From Bugula neritina (Eukaryota > Animalia > Bryozoa), in the NCBI GenBank assembly GCA_964035545.1, contig OZ037768.1, positions 22,477,319 through 22,541,318 on the forward strand: 64,000 bases of DNA. Reading direction: 5' to 3'. Made by a program: the position numbers and the translations under genes. The stretch's first letter is position 1. Each line of letters opens with the position of its first letter. Under the pieces are notes generated by a model that was not told the origin of the DNA, did not search any database, and saw nothing but the letters and a program-made list of their open reading frames with translations. This document shows, piece by piece, positions 49,777-64,000 of this stretch.

Positions 49777-52349
49777 ATATTTTAATTTATTGCATTTTGA
49801 TTGAGTCAGAGCTAATAGTAATACTTATACTAATATTAATAGTAACATCAATAAGACAATGCTAATTACTTTAGTAACCATATTATGATCTACTAATAGT
49901 ATTATTATCAATAGTAATATAACTATAACTTATACTTATAGTATAGCTCAGAGGCATAGGTATAACTTATAACTTACAAGTTACAAGTAATACTAATAGT
50001 ATTACCTTAGGCCTGAGTCCTAGGCCTAGGGCTTAGGCTCAGGCCTTAGTTTTAGTCAAAGTACAATTATATATTTATTAGCAATAAGTAAACATCACAA
50101 TCTCTATATACTCATACTGCAATTTTAGAGTAATAAATTACACAAACTGGGAGTAAAAAAGGCAACCATTACCAGTGTCAGTGTGTGGTTCCCACAAAAC
50201 GCTTCAAAAATTCCTAAGATACCAGGTCAAGGACAATTTTTATGAGCCTTGGCGTTTAAGTTAATTCATTAAATGCGGTAGCCCTGCGATTGGACACTCA
50301 ACAGATCTACTCAAGAATTCAAACTATTAGGCTATTTTAGTTTTCTACCACTAGCATGGAAAAGTCTATTAATCACTAAAAGTAAATGAAAACAATTTAT
50401 GTTGTTGTATACAAAATTCATTGCCACCTGTACCTTTTTATATCACATGTCTTGATGAAGCAAAAACTATTAATAGCATAATGATAATGGTAATCCTAAA
50501 TACTATAATAATAAATCATTTTGATCTACTTCTAGATTTATTGATAATCATAATCATAATGATATTAATTATTATAATTATTATTTATTATTAAATTAAT
50601 CAATAATAATAATGATATTATTAATAATTAATAGTTATTTATTATTATCAATATTATAATGATTGAATTTGATCACATACTCATAGTCATACTTATACTG
50701 ATACTCACAGTCAATGTCATATTAGTACTGATACTAATAATCATAATGGTATTGATGCTATTACTATTACAGTTACTATTAGTATTAGTATTACTATCAT
50801 AGTGATACTCATACTGATAGTGATAGTGATACTCATACTGATATTCAATTATAGTGATGTTGATAATGATTAGCTGAAGTTGCAGCATTACTCACTATAC
50901 TTAGTCATTACTGCATAGGGCTTAACTCAAAAAAATTAAAGTAAAAGTCACACTGTGCACTGTGAGTATAAGTATTGACATATAGAAAAAAATTGTGTTA
51001 TTTTAATATTAACTTTCACTTTGTTTTGCCAGAGTGAGAATTTTAGAGTCAGGGTTGGTTAATGAAATTTAAGTATCACTTTTAGTAGTAATTTAAATTA
51101 TGATATAATATATCAAAAATAAATATAATGTACTCAGAATGTTGATTATATTAATGCTTAATTTGTATGCACTTAATGAAAATAATGGATTCAATAAGTT
51201 TTTATTTCAGTTTAATATAAATTAACAATTGACATAAAAATAATGCATTGTTTTTTAAATTCTTACTACCACCAGCTTCATGTGAACTATCATTGTGAAA
51301 CAATATTTGAATCATGCATTAAGTTTGAAACATCTTCTCACTTTCCATCATTGGCATGGCGTGCTAGAATTTTCTGTATTGTCAAGTTTAAGCCGTATTC
51401 TTTTAATAAAATTGCTTTCTAAGTTAACTGGTGTGTTGATTAAACTGTGCAATATATTATAACCATGAAACAGTTTCACTCTTTAATATTTGTAATGTGT
51501 TAAAACGAAGAGTAAATTAAGCTTGTATTAGTCATGCATTATAATATAAATATAATGAAAACTTTTCATGCAAATAGAAATATCTCCTGCTACAGGTTTT
51601 CTTAAACATTTCAAGATCACTAGTGGCCTTGTAGCATTTGTTCTTACAGCTTGGTAATAGCGTAATGTATAATATAATAATGTAATATATAATGCTCTTG
51701 ATAGCAGTTCTATTGAGAGAGTTCTAGTAAAATTGCAATAATAATAATTGAAACATTTTCTTTTACCCTAAAATGTAGTTAAATTTAATTTTAGATGATG
51801 TGGGTACTTGTTCCTATTTAAGTGCATATGTTTTGCTTGCAGTTTGGGGAGTCGGTTGCTCATTGTAGAGAAAGGTAGTTCTATAAGTTGTCATAGTGTG
51901 ATGAATTTTGTTATATTTGATGTTAACTTTCTGCAGACATTACCATATTGTTTCATTGAAAATAAACACTTTTCTCTATTATTTGCTATTTGTTTAAACT
52001 CTTAGCTTATTTGGCTTATTATGTAATGGTGGCATCATATCATGTAATTTATACTGACAGCTGCTATATTCTGTTTTACTGGGTAGATATTACAGTTGCA
52101 GCCATTCTTGTAATGTACTATTACTATTAAGCTGGTTATGCTCAATATACTAAACCGCTACTTACTTAAAGTGTCTGTTGATTTTTAATAGGTTTAAAGA
52201 GATCACGAGATAATCTAACCTCAACAAATTTCCACACAGCTCTCTTTATGCTTGTCTAAACCTAACTTGAACATAGAAAGATGAATATACATACTCCTAT
52301 TCGTACTACTACCTCTAGCCTGGAGGTAGTAGTACGAATCTCAGTCAAG

Positions 52350-52445
52350 GTCATCAGGAGAAGACAAGTCCGCTTAAAAACTCCCTTTCGATCAGGGGGT
52401 TCTCACAGTAATGGAAACTATAAACCCATACGTAAGTTTTATTGG
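52350..52445 (+). mobile_element. SINE family A 3' tail fragment
   Basis: ccgcttaaaaactccctttcgatcagggggttctcacagtaatggaaactataaac..gtaagttttatt resembles 11855-11925. Confidence 0.55.
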
Positions 52446-54621
52446 ATTTGTGTTGTTGTTTAAAAGTTGCCTTCTCTTGCTTTATAGAGATTGTGGGTAA
52501 ACAACTCTTAATTTACATACAATTTCATGTAGCTTATCTTTGTCAATATACTTTATTTTGTCCCTGTATATGCATGTAGCTTAGAATGTGCTGGATTTAA
52601 TGACTAAATCAATTTACTAAGTTGTTTGCAAGATATTGGTTTGGTAAATCAAAGGGAGCTTATACCGTGTTTACTTTTGTGGTCTATAGTCAAACATTTT
52701 TTGTAAGGAAGTCAATTATTTTATTAAACGAAAGTTTATTATTGTCGAGTTTTTAAATGAAAAATAATATTTTATACACTAAATACTTTTAAGTAAAAAT
52801 TTTTTTAGCCTATTGACTTTTTTTATAAGAATAGAAGTTGTGTTGTGCGCTAGTGCTCAGTCTATTCAGAAGTGTTTCATAATATCTATATGATTACTTA
52901 ATTGTTGGAATAGCTGAATCTGTTAGTAAATTGCAAGTTTTTTTATGATTTGATGTGTGGGTTTCAACTGTGAACTTGTGAAGAATTTAAATGATATATA
53001 ATTGGTGGTGTTTTTATTGTATAGTTGGTTTGAAGTTTACTTGCATTATTATAACATAGAGACTTGCCATATACCATAGAATAGTTGAATTATAGAATAG
53101 TTAAACTATAGAATAGTTATCCCGCAGAATCATTATAACGTAGAAACTTGCCTCCACTTTTAATGTGTTGTCATACATGTGATAGCACTGAGCTTGATTC
53201 TCATCAATTTGATTTGCTTAATGATTTATTGATTCTTGTCTGTTTAATTGAACGAGTGAATGATTTATTTGTTCATGTCATTAGCGGTTTTAATTTCTTA
53301 AAAATCATTTTTATGATTTATGTTATTTATAGATATGATGTTTAAAATGGCTAGGCTTGGTGTCAAAAAAGCATTTTTGCTGTCACTTATTTATCCTGGC
53401 AGAAGACCAGATTTTTGTTTCGTTTGGTTTCTGTTAATAGAAAATATAGAAAAACTGGTGAGTTTGGAATAAACTTGTACAAGCACCTACACCATCATGC
53501 CTAAACTTTTTTTGTAAAATAATAACTTTCTGCATATAATAAATTAATTTTATGAGTTTTTTGATAAATATATGACTCATGTGGTGTGGCAATATTAGTA
53601 TTACTTTTTCATCTTTCATGGAAGAATATAACAGGCTTTACTGAAGTAGTGAACTGTTAGTTTGAGTTACTATTTACAGTAATGGATGCTATGAATATTT
53701 AAAAGCTGATTTTGTTTTACTGTTAGATTAATGTAGTTAATAAACTTTTTAAAGCCATTGTATAATATTTTAACTATTGAATTGCTATAATGTACCATTC
53801 AACTTACACTTTGTGTATTCAGTCTGTTACATCATATTTTATTGAAGTCGTATTTGGATGATGTTTTTCAATGTATTTACATCATCTTGTTTCTAAAAAA
53901 TGTAACGTAAGGGATTTGTGTTCTCAATGTGGTGAATGGGTTTTACTCAGTACAGGATTAGACTGTTGAGAGAAAAGATGATTCCAAATATACGGACACA
54001 CTGTTAGCAGACTGAGAGTGTATGTGTTACTTTAGTGAATAAACTGGGGAATATACTCATGAATTCAAATTGCCTGAGTTTCTAAAATTTGTAAATTGTT
54101 ACTGCGCAAGGGTTTAGATTTAGCTTGTGAACTCAGGCTAGTTTTCATGTGGCATGTTTTTATTCAGGTCCCTTGCTATGTTATTTTCAGTAGTAAATTG
54201 CTCTCATATTTTCACTGTGTTTATAAATACTTTCTCTAAATAAAACCACAAACAAATACAACAGACTATATAGATTATATAGATGATAGGGTGTCCCCTT
54301 TCTGTGCGGCCCTATTGTTTGTTTGTGTTGAGTTCACATTCTCAAATTCTAGTTGACTTTTTTCTCCCAGCTACATCATTGTTTGTCTTGATGATTCAAA
54401 AACCGGCCTTCCCTCTTGTCACAGTGTTGTTTACATGTTGCAATGGTTCAGTTTTGAGGAAAGCTAGCCACAAAATTAAGATTCTTTCAATTAAGAAAGA
54501 TAACTTGCTATTCAATGGATGCAGATTGTATATAACCCCTCTCCGAAAGGACTTTGGGCTGGTGCATGCCAAAGCACAGTTTTCTATTGCTGTACCACCT
54601 ACCAATATGAGGAACGTAATA

Positions 54622-54810
54622 CAGTGCTCCCTCTGTATCTCACTAAGCTTCTGGTCGAAACCTCAATTTGCGATTTAATATAATACCATTAAATTTGGCC
54701 ATTTTGTCTCTATACACGTATACATAAGCCACAAAGCTGGGGCCCAAGCCTTTCTCGTGACCTGTGAAATTTTATGAAAAATGGGTCCGTGAGATATGGA
54801 AGGAGCCCTG
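54622..54810. mobile_element. Tc1/mariner-type MITE, inverted relative to 36066-36273
   Basis: TA|CAGTGCTCCCTCTGTATCTCACTAAGC ... GTGAGATATGGAAGGAGCCCTG|TA; internal aaatttggcc..cataagccacaaa matches the reverse complement of the 36066 copy. Confidence 0.85.
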
Positions 54811-56040
54811 TATAGTCAAAGCATATAAATCAAATTTAGCTTCCACAGTGCAAACTCATGACTACTGACTTATTGTTGAAATGAACTTGTTTATTAGGCT
54901 TATACAATTTGTGTGCTGGTAATTATTTTGGGGTGGATTAAGGGTCTACAATCCCTTAAGCATTCATTATACCTACACATTTATTAGGTTATTTGTCAAT
55001 TTTGGGCAAATTGAAAGGTTGCCAGCAGCCAAATATATCAGACTTCATTTTTACCTCTTTATCTCACTGCGACTATAAATCAAAAGTTAATTTGTCATTC
55101 TAATCTTGCAGCTTATTTATCGTTGTTGATACTAAACAGTCATGGCTAAGCGGCATGCGCTAGGATCATTTGTTCAGCCAATCAGAATGCAGCTCATTTC
55201 GGCGTACAGCTATACTCTGGAAGAAATAAGGACAGTTCAATCTGTACAGTTCTTCAACAATGACAAGAGCTTTGGAGAGTGTTGGTGAGATATATATTAT
55301 TATAGTATCTCTTGTGGGCATTTTACATGCATTTCTATGCATTATTTTATATATTATACATAATGTCAAGTATCGTATGATTATTTACTATGTATTGTAT
55401 TTTATTATATTATAGCATGTATTGTGTTATAATATGGTATATCATATTATAGTTTACTATGTTATTTATATTATCAGCATTATATTATATTATCGTGTAA
55501 TATATTATACTACATTTTATAGTAGGATGTAATTTACTATAGTTTATTGTATTATTTATACCGTTGTTGTGTTTATGACGTATTATGCTAAATAGGATGT
55601 AGTATAATATTTTATATTATATCAAAGTGTAATATAAAGCAATTATTTTCGAGCATTTGGTCCCATCTTATTTTGAGAGTTAAAAGATTTCACCTTCTAT
55701 TTTTAAATTGCTTAGCATTATCAATCACTGAATTGGAATTGGTTGTACTCCCATTTCCATTATTTCCATTTTTATCAATGCTTATTGCACTATCTACTGC
55801 TTAGTTTATTGACACTAAAATGATGATGCAATATGCATGTATCTTCATAACATTATTGACTGGCCACGGTCAACACTGGAGATCAATAAAACACTACATA
55901 GGCTACTAATTTAAATTTCTTATTTTATCTCATATTTGTGGTTTGGTGTACTAAAGTGCTATTGGTTGTATAATATGATATTATAGAATGTTGTATTATA
56001 TTGCTTTTATACATGACATATGATTATTGCGACGTAATGA

Positions 56041-56145
56041 GGGAACAGCTGTGGGCTAGTGGTTTAATGCTCTAGCCTAGCAAGCAACTAGACCAATGGG
56101 TTCGAATTCTGGCAGGGCCATTGATGATGTTAGGAACCGCATTGT
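56041..56145 (+). mobile_element. SINE family A head; an inverted fragment lies nearby at ~56362-56420
   Basis: gggaacagctgtgggctagtgg..gggttcgaattc..ggccattgatgatgttaggaa matches the 11711 copy. Confidence 0.65.
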
Positions 56146-56895
56146 TTACAAATTGCAGCATTACAAATCTATTTTAGTATTTCATGTTTTATATTTAGAA
56201 TGTTTTTAGTTTGTATGTAATAAAATTTGTTTGTTTTAAAATCTCCATCTTATTTTAAAGCTGACTAAAGACTGTGACTCTCATGATGATTAAAACATGG
56301 TTTGGGGGCTTGCAAAGTTGCCAATATAAATTATAACCAAATGCCCCTCCTGAAATTATCAATGGTCCTACCTGGATTCGAGCCCCATTAGTTTAGCACA
56401 CACTAGGCCAATGCTCTAATAATATGTCTACGAATAAGAGATTTTCTTGCATTGCATGCTTTACATGTAGCCAATGGTTATATTTCCACACTACTATTGT
56501 AACTCTCACTCCATACTCTTAATTTAATATTGACTAATCTATGATTTCTCTCTCCATTAAATTAAAAGCTTTTCACTGACAGTGTCTACCTTTAGAAAAC
56601 ATGCTTATATTATTGTAAATAGTCTAAATATATGTACAATATTGCATAACTCTAGTAGCCCTAGTTCTTCAATTGTTTGTATACATTTAGAGTTGGTACC
56701 TGGTGTACTCGTCCCTGTAAAGGTAGTTTTATTGCTTGGATTATTGAACTAGACTTAAGCTTGTTAGAAAACATATGCAATTATAGTCTTTCTCTAGATA
56801 GAAAGCTGTTAAGCCTACACCATAGTTGCCAGTGTACATTAGTAGTATCATGGTGAGCTGACAATATGGCTGTGTGTTCCTTTGCAGGCGTTTTG

Positions 56896-58113
56896 ATGTT
56901 GCTGCCAGGCATTCTCCTCGGACTATTTGTAACTGTTCAGGGTCAAGGACAAATTAACTCTCCACCGTAAGTTTATAACTGAAATATGAAGTTTGCGCCA
57001 AAAAAGTCCCACTTATTTTCATACTTATTTTAAAAGAGAAATTCTGTTGAATAATGTGAGAAGTTGTTGAGAAGTTTGTGTTTTATTTCTGCACTTGGGG
57101 TTTCAGACGGCTTTCTCCAGGAAATGGCGTGTCAGTCAAACTCAAATATGCTAATAATTCACACGTTTTTGTGCACTTTGGTGCTAGTGCCAAGTTCAAT
57201 TCATCTTTGTAGACCATAACCGGCTCATAAAGCTTGACAATTAAAAATTAGATTTTCATCTTTAGCAAATTATAACTAAAAATAATCCTTAACCTTCAAG
57301 TGAAGATCAATCAAGCCAAACAAAAATTTGAACTTTGTACTTTTGAGAAACTAGGCCACAGCGAAGGATGTGTCTTAATAACTATTATCTCTCAGCTTTG
57401 GGTTTTGGGACTTCCTCTTCAATACTGTTTGACTCATTTGTCTGTTTTTCAAAATTTTTGTTGCAACTGTTGTGTTTATAAACTTTTCAACCACACTTGA
57501 AGCCCTTTGTTGATAACAATTCAACTTCCTGAATATCTGTTATGATATTCTATAGTGAAGCCGTAATTGAGTTTAATTTATTCAAATATTATTCAGCTAA
57601 TTTTTGTTTCCTCTTTCATATATCAATGTTACACAATACAATCCTCTTAGCAAGGAGTTATCCCCCATGTTAGCACTTGTGAATTTATATATAAATTCTA
57701 CATAATATTTTAGTGAATGTAGTTTGTATTGTTAGGAAAAGCTGACTGGAAATTATTAATATCTTGCTATGATTGTTTCTATAAAATTTTCGCCTGCACT
57801 GGGATTCGAACCCATGACCTCCGGCTTGCAACCCTAGCACGCTAACCACTGCACCACAGGGACTACTGGGTAATCTAATCACTACCATTATACTGTCTTC
57901 TGATTTTTCAGAACTTATGTGGTTGTGACGCCAACCATCATACGACCCAACCAGGAAGTTGTAGTTGCAGCTACCATCTTACAGTTGAGTTTCTCGGAGA
58001 CGTTTACAGTTTCCACGGTGATTAGTTACATCACGGAGGGAGGACCTCCCTTGGAAATTAGTAGCGCAGAGCACACTTTCACTAGACCTGGAACTCATAA
58101 CATCATACTTAAG
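56896..58113 (+). CDS. Thioester-protein family member (CD109 / macroglobulin-complement-related-like); first two coding exons, 3' part not found in this window
   Basis: Exon 56896-56966 encodes a signal peptide MLLPGILLGLFVTVQG-QGQINSPP. Exon 57912-58113 encodes TYVVVTPTIIRPNQEVVVAATIL..EISSAEHTFTRPGTHNIILK, the YxVxxPxxIRP start typical of the MG1 domain of alpha-2-macroglobulin/TEP proteins. No further exon recognised up to 64000. Confidence 0.7.
57791..57865 (-). mobile_element. tRNA-derived SINE head, family B
   Basis: Reverse complement agtccctgtggtgcagtggttagcgtgctagggttgcaagccggaggtcatgggttcgaatcccagtgcaggcg. Confidence 0.7.
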
Positions 58114-58170
58114 GTAAACTGTTATATACCTGGAACTCATGATATCATACTTAAGGTAAACTGTTATATC
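58087..58170 (+). repeat. 42-bp tandem duplication of TEP exon end plus donor
   Basis: cctggaactcatrayatcatacttaag|gtaaactgttatat x2; donors at 58114 and 58156. Confidence 0.95.
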
Positions 58171-60350
58171 GTAGGTAAATATTTAACTAAAACAGTGTAA
58201 AGCACAATTAGAAGGTGTGAAGTAACTCAGACTAGTATTCCTCAAAACAGAAGACAACCCTTCATCATTTTCCTCATACAATGAAACGTAAACAGCTTTT
58301 TTGCTGATTTTTATGCAATATTATATTATTTATGTTTTGCAACAGAATTGGTAGCTACAGGAAAAATTCTGCAGCGACTAAAATTTTGCGCAAATAAGAC
58401 ATCTCGTTACCAGCATGACTTCTGATTCAAGTTCTACAGCATTGAGAGTAAATGTCTATGATACAGTCTAGGTTATTAGCTATAAGTCGATTTATAAATA
58501 GGTTTGTTTGAATTTTCTATTCAAAGTTACTAGCCGTTAAAGCACCAGTTAAAATGCTTTTTTTGGGTTATTTGCTTTTATTAGCAATAACTGCAGCCAG
58601 AGATGATATCTTTGATTTAAAAAAGTTTGCTTTCTATTTTTAAGTGAGAAAATTATGTGATTGATTGTATAGTTTGATTTTTTCATATCAATCACTGGTT
58701 TAGGCAAATGAGAACTGAGTTTCGGAGATGTTGAAACTACTAAGAATATTATTTCTACATTCTAGTAAATAATACGGTCAGTTATTTAGACCTGCATAGC
58801 TTATGTAGAATTATAAATAACTGTACTGGAGTAAGTCCTGAATTATTATGGCTATTATTAATAATCTCAATAATACATGTGGCAATATAATGCTAATCTA
58901 CAAACAGATTGCCTACCATTCATCTCGGAGCAACTGGCCCTTGGGTCATCTTTTTCATGTATCTAAATTATGAGAAATATATTTAAATTCAGTTTTTATA
59001 TTGGATTACAAGTTTGTGATTTCAACCAAAAATAGAGAATATATATGGGATAAACTGACTGTGATATATCTACACCACAAAGAGCTGCACCCACACACAG
59101 AATTTCTGTGGCTGATATATAGCGTTACAAGTATACAGTTACAGGTCAATGCTATTTGAAAGTAGATCTCATTGGTTGCCAGGGTCTCTCTTCGGTTTCA
59201 AAGAAACTATTTCAAAGACGGTTGGAGTCATTGACTTTCAATGTGGTTGATTTAAAAAATAAGTTTTCAATGATACAATTGGCTGCTTTGCTTTTAGCCT
59301 GTTTTAGAAACTTCTAGAATCTAGATCACAGGAGAGAGATACTACATTAATCATGAAGATCTTAAACTCACATTCTATATATTTACATCAGAAAATTACC
59401 TCATAAATAATATTAATTTTAATCTAATGTAGGCGTAGATGTCTAGTTGGTGTGAATTATATCCGTTAAATTGATTGGCCCACTTGAAAAATATTCACAT
59501 ATGATTCATAATATTTCAGCTCAACCTCTAGTTTGAAAATGCTGATCTGGGTTTCGTAGCTGGACAATAAAAAGGATTAATAGAAAAGTTGTACTAGTTG
59601 ATATAAGTTAATATAAGTTAAAGTATGCATAAAAGAGTTGACAAAATTAGTTTAGTAAAACTGTTACAATCTTCAGAATTCAATATTATTTACAGAGATA
59701 CTATTCATATAAATATAATGTGTAAATATTTAAGTATACACACATACACACACATACACACATATACACACATACACACACTACTAGTTGCCCAGAAGTT
59801 GAACTCTTGTACTCACTTCAGGTATTTAATAACAACACATGCTAATTCTAGTTTGATGAGTTTTCCTGTGACATCCATCTACCAGCTTCTTGCATGCACC
59901 GTGTTCCAATATTATTAATTCCTGTGTCAACATTTCCTTAAAATTGCAGAGTCTAGCTGCAGTATCAGACTTTTGTTCCACGACCAAATTGGTGGAAAAA
60001 ACTATAAGTTTCTATGCTTTGATAATAGACCATAAAATCAGCGGCTGAAAGCATGATAAGTACTCTAAATGGTTGGGCAAAGGGATATATATTTTTTATT
60101 ATGCCTATTCAATTCGCCACGGCAACCGTTGGCTGACATTAGTTTTGATAGGCCAGACAAAGACTGATTTATTTTCTCCGAGATGATTTCAAACAGCTGT
60201 TTTTTAAAAGTTAATAATTCATGTCACTTAAAGTTATTAAATGAAGGGCAATGAATCTCTCAACTGGTTCACAGTCTAATATATGAGGGGAGTTTACCAT
60301 TTCATTGGTTTTCTGCCAGTCTGCTGGTTTCTCTAGAAGAATTCTTTGCT

Positions 60351-60520
60351 CTACTGTATTCTATTCTATAGATTCTTCTAATTCTACTCTATTCTATTCT
60401 ATAGATTCTTCTAATTCTACTGTATTCTATTCTATACCATCTTCTAATTCTACTGTATTCTATTCTATACATTCTTCTAATTCTACTGTATTCTATTCTA
60501 TACATTCTTCTAATTCTACT
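60351..60520. repeat. 33-bp minisatellite, ~5 copies
   Basis: ctactgtattctattctatasattcttctaatt repeats; source of ORF 60305-60529. Confidence 0.9.
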
Positions 60521-63500
60521 GCATTGTAATGTCCCTAGTTGGTAACTATACATTTTTTATGCAATGCAACATAGCTAAAATATGATAGACATGTGCACCT
60601 TAAATTGGAGCATAAATTCTTTTATTAAAATATGAAAACATATTTATTTGTGTTATTGTCAACATGTCATTTTTAATAATTAATTTAATTGCTTTTAGGT
60701 TTCATTTCAACTAAAATTAATTAATTTTTTATACTTGATTGTTGGAATACCAACCTAATTTATCTCTTGACATTTTAGTTCCTTGGTGATCGGATTTTCT
60801 GATTAGTTCTGCATTGTTTGCTATTTGCTGCATGGAATAAATCCATCATTGTTTGGATTACCATGACATTTATTCTCAGAGATTCTGACAGTTTTTCTAG
60901 TTTTCTCTTGCAGTATAATCTTTTAAATCTTCTCTCATGAGTTGACAAAGCAAAGATAGAATTGTCCTCTATTCTTAGCCTTATTGTCCGCAAGTTTAAG
61001 ACAAAGTCCATTAAGGGTGGGTACTGGAATTTGGACTGTAAAAAACTTAGATTTCATGGAAACAAGGCTCATAACTCAAATTACTTTGGAAAGATCATAT
61101 TGAGTTACAAACTGCATAGCTTCATCTGTCTGCTGCATCAGAAACTAGGAAACGTTTTTTTTCATCATATCTAAAATTTCCCTCACACCTGGTAAAGCAC
61201 ATTAATATTTCTAATGGGTTCCCCCAGGGTCGTGGAATATTTTTTATTTCGGAGAAATATCTGAGTAACAAACAAATAAACCAACATATATGTTGTGCAA
61301 TGTTTATAACCAGAGGATTTTAATTTTTTGCGTATTTTTGCATATATGTCAATGTCAGGCATGTTCACATGAGTATGTAATTCGGTGAGTAAAAACTTCA
61401 CCAAAACCAAACTCACATAACATTCGAATAGCAACATTCAAACAATTGCAGTTTCATTTAATTATTCAAAGGTTTGAGTAAAGCAAGGTGAAGGTTATCT
61501 TTGTTTTTTTTTCTGCCCTGCAGCAAATATAGGTATTCATTAGTGTTGGCTAATATAACATATGAGTAGACAAATCAGTATCTTTTAAAACATTTAAAAT
61601 TTGCCTTTTTTTGAATTCTAAACTTTTAATACACCTCCCACTTTTTAACCATCTCTCGTGAACTACTTTCCTTCTCTAAACTCAATGCTCTCTCAGTGTC
61701 TCTCTCACAGTGTGTTCATCATTAAGAAGCTACAACTGTCAAACTGGATGATGGATTATTAGGATTAAATACTTAGCAAATATTTGTTGGTGTTTATAGC
61801 AGGCTAGATTCTTTTATCATTTTTTACCAATTAATTTCGGTTAGATTCTGCAGTACTGGTATCTGGTGCACCAGTTTTTTAGGTATCCCAGCGTTTGAAA
61901 TTCTTTCTTTAGCTTTTCTTGATGAATAGCCATGTCAAAAATATCTTAGAGGGAGGGGCCTCCCCTCCCCTACCTGTGTATGTTTGCGCTGGGGCTAAAA
62001 TTATTCTGAGACACCAGAATTTTCGAATGAGAACAAATTAGTTTTAGTCATAATAAATTAAAGAATAAATGTAAGTGATAGCTAACAAGGTGAAATATGT
62101 CAATGAAAGAATTTTGGCAGCACAGGCATGTTGAACTACTTTACTTGATGTGTCACATGATGTCACATGCAGTCTTTGCAAGCCTTAATGAATTGTTTTT
62201 AGCTTTAAAAATAGCTTTAGAAAATACGACTTTGACATATTGTGCTAAAGTGACAGACGAATGTTCACAAACTATTTGACAGTTGTATGTTCTTGTCTAG
62301 ACATTGGAAAGTGTAGCAAGGAATCTTTTACACAATTTTAAGTTTCAATTTTTTTTTCGGTAATGGCCATATGGTTCTGCTCCCTTACTTTATAAAGATT
62401 GGCTTCATTAGTATGTAAAAAGTGCTCCAAACATTCTTTAACTTTATCTCAAGAAGTTTACAATTTATCCGTCAAATCTTCAAAATTTCTTGTAATTTTG
62501 TTTACAAATGCACTGAAAATGTGCTGCCAATATTTTATATAAAATAATGACCTTTTCTCTTGCTCTCTTTGGCCACCAAAGATATATCTGACGATGATTT
62601 ACAATTTTCAAAGTTTAAGCCCTACTTCTAGCAAAGGGACATAAATTCAATGTAAGAAATAAAACGACATTATAGTTGAACATATATGACTGCTACTGCT
62701 GCTGCTGCTACTGCTGCTATTACAACCATTATTATTTCTATATACTACTCTTTCTAAAACATGTCAAAATATTTTACTTCTTCATACTATTCAGCTTGGA
62801 CATTTGGACTTGTCAACTTGAGTTACGCAATAAACTGAAAGGCAAAAAATGTTATTGAATCAGAGTTGAAATATTTTATATCCATAAACATCGTAGGCAT
62901 CCAGGTTATTTTGATAAAATCAATTACTGTTAATTGAAAGATCATACTTTTTTAGTTACATTCACAAAATATATAAAAAAAATCTCAACTCAATATACCA
63001 GAAAAAATGAATTAAAATATATGTGTTAATAGCACTAATATTGACGTGACCGTGGCACATGAAAAATCTGAAAGAAGAGTTGTCTTCTTTTTTTCTATAT
63101 TAATATATAGAGCTTGTCGTGAAAATAAAGATTTTTAAAAAAAAATATTGTGACCCTCTGGTAACTTCCAGAATTTAGAAAATTGGCTCATATATTTCCT
63201 TTCATGTGGACAACAGCTCACTTTTTTTAAAATTTATTTTGAAGCTCTTTTCGTAAAAAATATTTAAAAGTAAAAAATCCAAAATTTTTACAAATTGGTT
63301 CGGGGCTTGATGTGAAAGGCATTTAGACGAAGATGTCAAGGTCACCATTAATAACTTTATTCTATGACAATACTGCACGGAAAGTTAACCATTTGAGCTG
63401 AAAATTAGGTTGCTAGCATATTGGTATACATTATATTGATTGTTGCAGTATTATTTTTTAAATTTGTTTTATCAGTTATGTTTAACTTCTTCATAGAGCT

Positions 63501-63584
63501 GCTGTTAGACTAAGAGTAAGACATAATATTAGCAACAATGATAATAAATAATAATATTAAATTATTATTAAATTCACGAAGAAG

Positions 63585-63950
63585 TATCACTATCACTATC
63601 ACTATGACTATGATACACTATGACTATCACTATGAGTGTCGTAATCGTATAAATTAATTATGAGTATGAGTATCACTATGACATTAACTCAATCAGTGAT
63701 TGACTAATACTATGAATATGACTATGCATAACTCAATGAGAATATCAATATGAATATCAATATGGCTTCTAATTCTTGTAACTTTTGACTATGACGATGC
63801 TGATAGTCATAGTGATAATCACTGCCAGCCCAAGTCTCATACTCATAGTGATACTATTACTATTGTCTATTAGTATTAATAATTAGTATTACTATTAGTA
63901 CAACTACTAGTATTACTCATAGTTCTGTTAATGATGCAGATGATAGTTTT
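63585..63950. repeat. Degenerate period-6 tract (tatcac/tatgac/tagtat)
   Basis: Same style as the tracts at 1107-1335, 23940-24150, 49810-50010 and 50670-50900. Confidence 0.7.
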
Positions 63951-64000
63951 AGAAGTTCTACTTCTACTTTTATAGTACGCTAGATTGTATATGTTGAACT

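Noticed and set aside
58200-64000. Further TEP/CD109 exons or a transposase ORF
   Set aside because: No macroglobulin-like or transposase-like reading frame with usable splice sites found; it appears to be intron with decayed repeats.

Overview
AT-rich, intron-rich animal genomic DNA; an invertebrate origin is my inference from composition and gene content. All gene models were spliced by hand from splice sites, with reading-frame phase checked at each junction. Genes: (1) a complete 10-exon, 464-aa seven-TM protein (+, 2618-7197) with the topology of gustatory-receptor-like 7TM ion channels; (2) a complete 27-exon cohesin SMC1 gene (-, 9629-23142, 1248 aa); (3) a divergently transcribed gene with seven C2H2 zinc fingers (+, 24403-27220); (4) a ~3.7-3.8-kb tandem duplication (30947-38462) with two copies of an unrecognised gene encoding a furin-site, Gly-Pro-Pro, 6-Cys precursor (GC-AG intron, candidate 6-nt microexon; copy 2 is broken), plus a dead copy of the neighbouring gene's last exon; (5) an 11-exon uncharacterised 751-aa gene (-, 37722-47891); (6) the first two coding exons of a thioester-protein/CD109/MCR-like gene (+, 56896-58113). 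Repeats: three MITE families, two tRNA-derived SINE families, a solo LTR with a 4-bp TSD, a possible Helentron-type element and many intronic minisatellites. The most striking pattern is that several minisatellites are tandem copies of the adjacent splice site itself, giving arrays of up to ~36 decoy acceptors or ~10 decoy donors. Most short ORFs in the supplied track are repeat or antisense artefacts.
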